DNA of 64,000 nt, taken from the NCBI GenBank assembly GCA_024679065.1, contig JAGIQG010000011.1, forward strand, positions 39,432,001 to 39,496,000, given 5' to 3'. Source of the stretch: Sphyrna mokarran. Lineage: Eukaryota. Made by a program: the position numbers and the translations under genes. Below are positions 61,201 through 64,000 of this stretch, piece after piece. Below the pieces are notes generated by a model, which searched no databases, was not told where the DNA came from, and saw only the letters and a list, made by a program, of their open reading frames with translations. The stretch's first letter is position 1, and each line of letters starts with the position of its first letter.

Positions 61201-63433
61201 GTCACTGAAAGCCAGAAACCATTAGCAAAGGAATCTCTGTTCAAATTACCTAAAGCTGACACACAACAAGCTTCAGTTATGAAAGATAAACTTGTGAAAA
61301 CTGCTTTAACTGCAGAAGAAAAACAACAGCTCACGAGTGAACATACCAAAGCAATATTTGGGTTAGACAGTGCAATCTCATTAACAGCAAAAAAAGAAGA
61401 AAAGACACCTTTGCATTTACAGATTGTTAAGGGACAAAACACTCTGCCCAAAGAAATAACATTTACTTTTGAAGTATTGGCAGATGAGAAAGCTGACCTC
61501 AGAAAGAGCCCAATATTGCTGCATTCATTACTATCAGAAGAACAGCACCTTTTACCTCATGAATACACAACTCCGTTATCTGATGTAAAATATGCCACCA
61601 GAACTAAACCTATGAAAGAGCATATGCCTATTTTATCTCCTCATTATATGGAGACTACATGCATTTTTGATAAAGAAAGGATGCGATCTGATGAGAAACC
61701 AACATCTCATGTTGCAGCACACAAACTTGAGAAAGCATACAGCTATACTGCTGTTGTGGAAGAGAAAGCAGAATTGTTAGCTGAACAAACTAAAACACTT
61801 GAAAAGGAAATTCCAAGTGTACAGACTGAAGTTAAAAGTGAGCATTCAGCAGAAGAATATCTCCCAGCTGTAACTGTACCAATGCACCTATCAAAAGAGA
61901 AATGTTTTACTGTTGAAGAGAAAGAACAACGTGCAGTAATAAATAAGTCGGATGACACAGTTCAACAGTTTGGTACTATAACAGAGATTAAGATTGTGGA
62001 AGATGGTTCACTTGCCATTTCTGAAGCTGTAAGTGCAGCAACCTGTGAAGGTAAATATGAAGCAAAGCTCCCTTCAGTTTCTGTACAGGTTAAAGATAAG
62101 GCAATGCCTATAGAAAGCATCAGAACTTTAGAGGCTGCAGAAGAGGACTTTGCAGCAAGAATCCAAGAGGGTCAGTCAGTAAGATTTCCATTGCTGCATG
62201 AAGAAAAACAGCTCATTGAAGAGGAACATTCTTCAGGAATCAAGAGATCAGAGCAAAAAATTCTGAAGGTGGAGAAACAACCACAAGAAACACAATTTGC
62301 TCAAGTAATACAAGAAAGTAATGCACTCCATAAAGAAACAGTATTCAAGGCTGAAGTTCCTAAAGCAGTCACCTTAGATGTTAGTACACAGATTAAGAAA
62401 GCATTGCAGTCAGCTTTAGCAAGTGAACATTGCGTCCTTTCTTCTATTTTACTAGGTAGCATAGAACCAGTCAAGATTAAAGAATTAAAAGTTGAAAAAG
62501 AACCTAACTATAATTTATATACATACCAGATTACTAATATCTATCCCCCCATAGACATAACTCTGTCATTTGAGGGAGAATACCCTCAGAAAGCTGACTT
62601 AAGAAAGGAATTAATAGCTGCCTTCCATGCCATTACTCATGAACAACAGCAGGCTTTGCTAGCTGAGGAATTGAATATCATTCAACTGCCAACTGATAGG
62701 TTAGAAAAATTGTGCATCAGCATAGCTCCTGCAAAAGAGATGATCTCACCTGAGGCTGTCAACATTGCTGAAAGCACCTCTGAAGTGGCTAGGTATGGAA
62801 TGCATATGACTGAACAGAAAATGCAGACAGCAGATTTAGTACAAGCTTCAGTTACCCAAGAACTCCCTGCAGTCCCAAAGAAGACAGTTGTTCAAGAAAT
62901 GATAGTAACCACTGAATCAGAGGATTTTATTCAAAAGTTCAAATCTGTAGAGACAATTAAAAAAGGCACAGTCATTAGTCACATAAGAGATGTTGGTGGT
63001 GCAATAATTACTAAAGATGCCCTTTCAGCACCTGTTCCAGTAGAGCAACCAACAGAAATTCTTAAAAAAGAGAAGAAAATTGAGGAGCTTATAGTTACTA
63101 GCATTCCTAAACCGAAAGAGCCGGGTGAAACACCAATAACAGTCACCAAAGACATTCCAGTAATTATTAAAGGGCTTTCAGATATCATTGTAGATGAAGA
63201 TAGTAACGTAAAATTAAGCACAGTCATTACAAAAGTTAACAAGGTAAATTGGTATATCAATGGGAAGAAAATAATTTCAAAAAATGAGTTCAAATGTTTA
63301 CAAGAACTTGACACTTACTCACTTATAATCAACAATGTACAGAAAGAGGACCATCAAGGAGAATATGTCTGTGAGGCACTGAATGAAGCTGGAAAAGCAA
63401 CTACTTCTGCAAAACTCACAGTTATTATAAGAG
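336..63433 (+). CDS. ttn: Titin (connectin), partial multi-exon gene: Z-disk to N2B region; continues beyond both window edges
   Basis: Spliced translation gives characteristic titin segments ([18 protein letters not shown]-repeats, [23 protein letters not shown]1 domain [14 protein letters not shown]...HAFLLVQ, Novex-3, N2B). GT-AG boundaries keep phase across all exons listed below. Confidence 0.99.
562..1210 (+). repeat. Coding minisatellite: (M/T)(M/V)TIEQDVS-(AAG/AAR)n, 5 near-identical core units of 54-72 bp (~640-972) plus degenerate flanking units
   Basis: accattgaacaagatgtcagtgc occurs five times, separated by 9-bp gctgcc(a/g)ga-type subunits. Confidence 0.95.
1616..1768 (+). CDS. 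ttn: Titin exon, Z-repeat 1 (alpha-actinin binding)
   Basis: ttcag|[27 protein letters not shown]...VEDQ|gt; 153 bp, phase 0-0; not in the ORF track. Confidence 0.92.
2565..2855 (+). CDS. ttn: Titin exon, last Z-repeat (Zr7-type) and start of Zq
   Basis: gcag|[23 protein letters not shown]...KHISQ|gttaga; 291 bp. Confidence 0.92.
3009..3119 (+). CDS. ttn: Titin exon, Zq/Zis2 (human exon 15 equivalent)
   Basis: tatag|[37 protein letters not shown]|gtaagg. Confidence 0.9.
4296..5007. mobile_element. MITE / non-autonomous DNA transposon
   Basis: Perfect 16-bp terminal inverted repeats tggcccagaatttgct (4296-4311) and agcaaattctgggcca (4992-5007); no coding capacity inside. Confidence 0.7.
5384..5668 (+). 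CDS. ttn: Titin exon (human exon 16 equivalent)
   Basis: ttag|[30 protein letters not shown]...EDEQ|gt; 285 bp. Confidence 0.9.
5950..6120 (-). mobile_element. Decayed Penelope-like retroelement terminal fragment (similar partial copy at ~8740-8830)
   Basis: gctggaaatctgaaataaaacaga...ctggaaa pattern; the minus strand carries a decayed hammerhead-like core gttctgactaaaagccatcatcctgaaacattaa. Confidence 0.45.
6270..6332 (+). CDS. ttn: Titin exon (human exon 17 equivalent)
   Basis: ttcag|[21 protein letters not shown]|gtaagt; 63 bp. Confidence 0.9.
6442..6700 (+). CDS. ttn: Titin exon, Ig Z3
   Basis: [17 protein letters not shown]...[15 protein letters not shown]; ag/gt boundaries. Confidence 0.95.
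6797..6866 (+). CDS. ttn: Titin short linker exon (human exon 19 equivalent)
   Basis: ctttag|(V)[23 protein letters not shown]|gtatt; phase 1-2. Confidence 0.88.
7100..7312 (+). CDS. ttn: Titin exon, Ig Z4 N-terminal half
   Basis: [47 protein letters not shown]|gt. Confidence 0.94.
7810..8045 (+). mobile_element. tRNA-derived SINE (V-SINE/HE1-like)
   Basis: A box tggcagagtgg, B box ggttcaattc, V-domain-like ggagtttgca..ttctcccc..gtctg..tttcctctgggtgctccagtttcc. Confidence 0.8.
8222..8508 (+). mobile_element. tRNA-derived SINE (V-SINE/HE1-like)
   Basis: ggtagcacggtggcacagtg..ggttcaattcc head, same family as 7810, with a CR1-like 3' tail. Confidence 0.8.
9015..9157 (+). CDS. ttn: Titin exon, Ig Z4 C-terminal half
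   Basis: ctag|[47 protein letters not shown]|gt; not in the ORF track. Confidence 0.94.
9870..10800 (+). mobile_element. Fossil PIF/Harbinger DNA transposon (DDE transposase remnant)
   Basis: Broken translation [12 protein letters not shown]...[15 protein letters not shown]...[26 protein letters not shown] matches HARBI1-type motifs; stops and frameshifts present. Confidence 0.75.
11040..11165 (+). mobile_element. Penelope-like terminal repeat fragment
   Basis: ccaaataaacctgttggactttaatgtggtgttgtgagattcttact...ccccagtccaatgccagcatctccacatcat, homologous to 38190-38350. Confidence 0.6.
11406..11602 (+). CDS. ttn: Titin exon (human exon 22 equivalent)
   Basis: cttag|(A)[10 protein letters not shown]...[16 protein letters not shown]...EEH|gtaaga. 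Confidence 0.92.
13150..13380 (+). CDS. ttn: Titin exon, Zis and Ig Z5 N-terminal half
   Basis: cag|[20 protein letters not shown]...[17 protein letters not shown]|gtaacc. Confidence 0.94.
13581..13825 (+). CDS. ttn: Titin exon, Ig Z5 C-terminal half
   Basis: catag|[12 protein letters not shown]...[28 protein letters not shown]...RRMR|gt. Confidence 0.94.
13980..14176 (+). CDS. ttn: Titin exon, SP-rich insertion and Ig Z6 N-terminal half
   Basis: [35 protein letters not shown]...WFHN|gtaaga. Confidence 0.94.
14270..14434 (+). CDS. ttn: Titin exon, Ig Z6 C-terminal half
   Basis: [16 protein letters not shown]...[14 protein letters not shown]. Confidence 0.94.
15422..15620 (+). pseudogene. 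Intronic 199-bp duplicate of titin exon sequence 16301-16499
   Basis: Manual alignment: 196 of 199 bases identical; no splice sites at the copy edges. Confidence 0.9.
15814..15982 (+). CDS. ttn: Titin exon, Ig Z7 N-terminal half
   Basis: cag|(A)[21 protein letters not shown]...[19 protein letters not shown]|gtaagt. Confidence 0.94.
16076..17769 (+). CDS. ttn: Titin large exon: Z7 C-terminal half, Z8, Z9, Z/I junction and Ig I1 (human exon 28 equivalent)
   Basis: ORF 16065-17777; acceptor cttag ends 16075; donor AAG|gtaatt. Confidence 0.97.
17865..18146 (+). CDS. ttn: Titin exon, Ig I2
   Basis: [27 protein letters not shown]...[12 protein letters not shown]; phase 1-1. Confidence 0.95.
18499..19430 (-). 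mobile_element. CR1-type LINE 3' fragment, interrupted by a younger insertion at 18681-19206
   Basis: cataagaaattggagaagaagtaggtcatttggccc... is the reverse complement of a CR1 3' end; the homology resumes after 19207. Confidence 0.6.
18681..19206 (+). mobile_element. Young composite retroposon: CR1-like 3' sequence, V-SINE domain, CR1 tail and oligo(A)
   Basis: CpG-rich V domain (ggagtttgcgcgttctccccgtgg...ccggtttcctcccaca); tail gggccgaagggcctgtttcc..gctctaaaaaaaaa; flanked by aacct on both sides. Confidence 0.7.
19440..19690 (-). mobile_element. HE1-like tRNA-derived SINE
   Basis: Reverse complement reads gctgcctcatagcaccagggacccaggtttaattcc...ggagttcgcatattctc. Confidence 0.8.
20010..20276 (+). 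CDS. ttn: Titin exon, Ig I3
   Basis: [17 protein letters not shown]...[19 protein letters not shown]; phase 1-1. Confidence 0.95.
20434..20706 (+). CDS. ttn: Titin exon, Ig I4
   Basis: [31 protein letters not shown]; phase 1-1. Confidence 0.95.
20816..21079 (+). CDS. ttn: Titin exon, Ig I5
   Basis: [21 protein letters not shown]...KGAKQRLVI; phase 1-1. Confidence 0.95.
21177..21437 (+). CDS. ttn: Titin exon, Ig I6
   Basis: [24 protein letters not shown]; phase 1-1. Confidence 0.95.
22764..23024 (+). CDS. ttn: Titin exon, Ig I7
   Basis: [17 protein letters not shown]...[15 protein letters not shown]; phase 1-1. Confidence 0.95.
24375..24728 (+). mobile_element. tRNA-derived SINE of a second family (SacSINE1/Deu-like; family name tentative)
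   Basis: B box ggttcaaatccc, conserved body ttcactaatgtccttcagggaaggaaatct, A-rich tail. Confidence 0.65.
24810..25073 (+). CDS. ttn: Titin exon, Ig I8
   Basis: [24 protein letters not shown]; phase 1-1. Confidence 0.95.
25619..25879 (+). CDS. ttn: Titin exon, Ig I9
   Basis: [24 protein letters not shown]...[12 protein letters not shown]; phase 1-1. Confidence 0.95.
26616..26876 (+). CDS. ttn: Titin exon, Ig I10
   Basis: [29 protein letters not shown]; phase 1-1. Confidence 0.95.
27039..27299 (+). CDS. ttn: Titin exon, Ig I11
   Basis: [27 protein letters not shown]; phase 1-1. Confidence 0.95.
27393..27534 (+). CDS. ttn: Titin exon, Ig I12 N-terminal half
   Basis: (A)[39 protein letters not shown]; not in the ORF track on + strand. 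Confidence 0.93.
27643..27811 (+). CDS. ttn: Titin exon, Ig I12 C-terminal half and I13 start
   Basis: [22 protein letters not shown]...SDIQ|gt. Confidence 0.93.
27958..28189 (+). CDS. ttn: Titin exon, Ig I13
   Basis: [18 protein letters not shown]...[13 protein letters not shown]|gt. Confidence 0.94.
28240..30620 (-). mobile_element. Old, heavily decayed L2-type LINE fragment
   Basis: Long purine-rich tract on + strand with an L2-like 3' end in reverse near 28240; no intact ORF; family call by pattern only. Confidence 0.55.
31632..31916 (+). CDS. ttn: Titin exon, Ig I14
   Basis: [11 protein letters not shown]...[22 protein letters not shown]; phase 1-1. Confidence 0.95.
32352..32477 (+). 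CDS. ttn: Titin exon, Ig I15 N-terminal half
   Basis: [24 protein letters not shown]...FQCRVTGT|gtatgt. Confidence 0.94.
32750..33260 (+). mobile_element. CR1 LINE reverse-transcriptase fragment
   Basis: Decayed [46 protein letters not shown] motifs. Confidence 0.8.
33310..34615. repeat. Long foldback palindrome, arms ~650 bp, 3-nt loop centred at 33956
   Basis: caag-cca-cttg centre; arms are reverse complements (for example tcctgaccacaatgt / acattgtggtcagga, ttgcacttgaag / cttcaagtgcaa, ggattttaagtc / gacttaaaatcc). Confidence 0.9.
36090..37510 (-). mobile_element. CR1 LINE 3' portion, decayed
   Basis: Pyrimidine-rich + strand; reverse complement carries RT-region remnants (cttttgaaagtccatgtacatcacatcaac = [10 protein letters not shown]; aaagttaaaccaactggcctg = RPVGLT). 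Confidence 0.7.
37930..41000 (+). mobile_element. Fossil PIF/Harbinger transposon with nested insertions
   Basis: [23 protein letters not shown] (~38460-38530) and [14 protein letters not shown] (~39330-39370) match HARBI1-type transposase motifs; possible convergent Myb/SANT remnant near 40950; boundaries approximate. Confidence 0.65.
38190..38350 (+). mobile_element. Penelope-like terminal repeat with minimal hammerhead-like motif (38264-38300)
   Basis: tcac CTGATGA a gaagc agt gctcc GAAA gc tt gtga, followed by ataaacttgttggactttaacctggtg. Confidence 0.65.
41287..41475 (+). CDS. ttn: Titin exon, Ig I15 C-terminal half (human exon 44 equivalent)
   Basis: (D)[40 protein letters not shown]...LKLE|gtaaat. 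Confidence 0.95.
42199..42613 (+). pseudogene. Decayed Novex-1 (Ig I16) pseudo-exon
   Basis: Acceptor tttcctttccag; fragments [34 protein letters not shown] / VLHFD / ILITDA / AHIGQYK / CKA*INCAG / SATLTV in shifting frames, colinear with Novex-1. Confidence 0.75.
43000..43884 (+). CDS. ttn: Titin Novex-2-like cassette exon (unique sequence plus two Ig domains)
   Basis: 885 bp, phase 1-1; [13 protein letters not shown] and C-terminal Ig ...[38 protein letters not shown] resemble Novex-2; donor gtggtt. Confidence 0.88.
44176..44691 (+). CDS. ttn: Additional titin cassette exon (Ser/Pro/Thr-rich linker plus one Ig domain)
   Basis: catag acceptor, 516 bp open frame, phase 1-1; I-set Ig APMFLEKLP...[15 protein letters not shown]...[14 protein letters not shown]; donor gttggc. 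Confidence 0.82.
45118..45165 (+). CDS. ttn: Titin short exon (human exon 47 equivalent)
   Basis: catgcag|[15 protein letters not shown]|gtaat resembles the human ERIEQEIEMEMK; 48 bp, phase 1-1. Confidence 0.88.
46422..50378 (+). CDS. ttn: Titin Novex-3, 5' exon (two Ig domains flanking a long repeat-containing region)
   Basis: ELFFDAG...RDAFSDAED...[25 protein letters not shown]; 3957 bp, phase 1-1; donor AAG|gtaaga. Confidence 0.93.
50487..53968 (+). CDS. ttn: Titin Novex-3, terminal exon (four Ig domains, stop codon)
   Basis: ttccag acceptor ends 50486; [45 protein letters not shown]; ends VLNL-TAA. Confidence 0.93.
54630..54900 (+). mobile_element. HE1-like tRNA-derived SINE
   Basis: ggttcaattcc B box, V domain, tail gtaagtctacttgtgacactaataactaaact. 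Confidence 0.8.
57076..57081 (+). terminator. Candidate Novex-3 polyadenylation signal (AATAAA); alternatives at 55306 (ATTAAA) and 55466 (AATAAA)
   Basis: AATAAA preceded by U-rich, TGTA-containing sequence; motif only, no transcript data. Confidence 0.3.
58218..58365 (+). mobile_element. HE1-like SINE, 3' half
   Basis: aagatgtgctggttagatgcattggccatgctaaattctcc...gtaagcctacttgtaacactaataaataaac. Confidence 0.75.
59522..63433 (+). CDS. ttn: Titin cardiac N2B exon (Ig I24, I25, N2B unique sequence, I26)
   Basis: atacag|EFSSS...; two Ig domains; [27 protein letters not shown]; final Ig ...[24 protein letters not shown]; 3912 bp, phase 1-1; donor gttgga. Confidence 0.95.
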
Positions 63434-64000
63434 GTTGGATTATGGGGATAAAATCTTTGTTAATACGAACTTCAAAAACTAATATATTGAACTAACTATA
63501 TAGTTACTTTTGATATTAGTTTCTCAAAACTCAATTTAGTTTATGCCAATAAATTAACATGACTAAATATTTCCTTCCTTCCTTCCATTCCTGTCTTCCT
63601 ATTTTACCTTCCTTCTTTTAAAAGTAAAAGCATTATCTAGTTATCATTCTCTATACTGTGCAGTCAAAACTTGATCAGACTGCATCAGTTGATTTCACAG
63701 ATATTTTGCATCAAAAATTTCAAAACTTAACATCATTAATTTAGGCAACCTAATCTGGTTTTGTATTAATATAAATAAAAATTGCATTCTGGCTTGATGC
63801 AATCTTCAGGTGCTTTCACTGCCGGTAATAAGTAACTTTTAAAGCTTAAAGTTAAGTTTAAACTTTACTGTGACTATATTATTATTTTTTGGTCTCTTAT
63901 ACTTTAACATTAACTTTTGATTAACATCAGCCATGGTACTTTAAGTTTTTACTAACAGAATTAATATTGCTTTCATCCCCATATCCACATTTGAAGAGTT

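Noticed and set aside
46424-63495. Large ORFs (1331, 1152 and 1301 aa) as independent genes
   Set aside because: They are bounded by splice sites and match Novex-3 and N2B; the listed start codons are ORF-finder artefacts (TTG/GTG).

Overview
Eukaryotic (vertebrate) genomic DNA. The whole window lies inside one + strand titin (ttn/connectin) gene; neither gene end is present. I traced about 38 GT-AG exons with consistent reading phase, from the Z-disk insertion (human exon 7 equivalent) through the Z-repeats, Ig Z3-Z9, proximal I-band Ig I1-I15, the Novex cassette region, Novex-3 and the cardiac N2B exon (human exon 49 equivalent). Human exon and domain names come from my recall of human TTN, not from a search. 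The intronic repeats (HE1/V-SINE-like SINEs, CR1 and L2 fragments, Harbinger fossils, Penelope-type termini) point to a cartilaginous fish, probably a shark (inference). The most notable signal is a remodelled alternative-splicing module compared with mammals. It comprises a decayed Novex-1 pseudo-exon, a Novex-2 exon with an extra Ig domain, an additional Ig cassette exon with no human counterpart that I know, and a Novex-3 split by a phase-1 intron so that its 5' half is a symmetric cassette. The N2B 'unique' spring turns out to be a ~74-aa tandem repeat array. Also present: only two Z-repeats next to an expanded Ala/Gly repeat, a 199-bp near-identical intronic copy of exon sequence, a ~1.3-kb foldback palindrome and a hammerhead-like motif. 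Most short ORFs in the supplied track are noise or antisense shadows.
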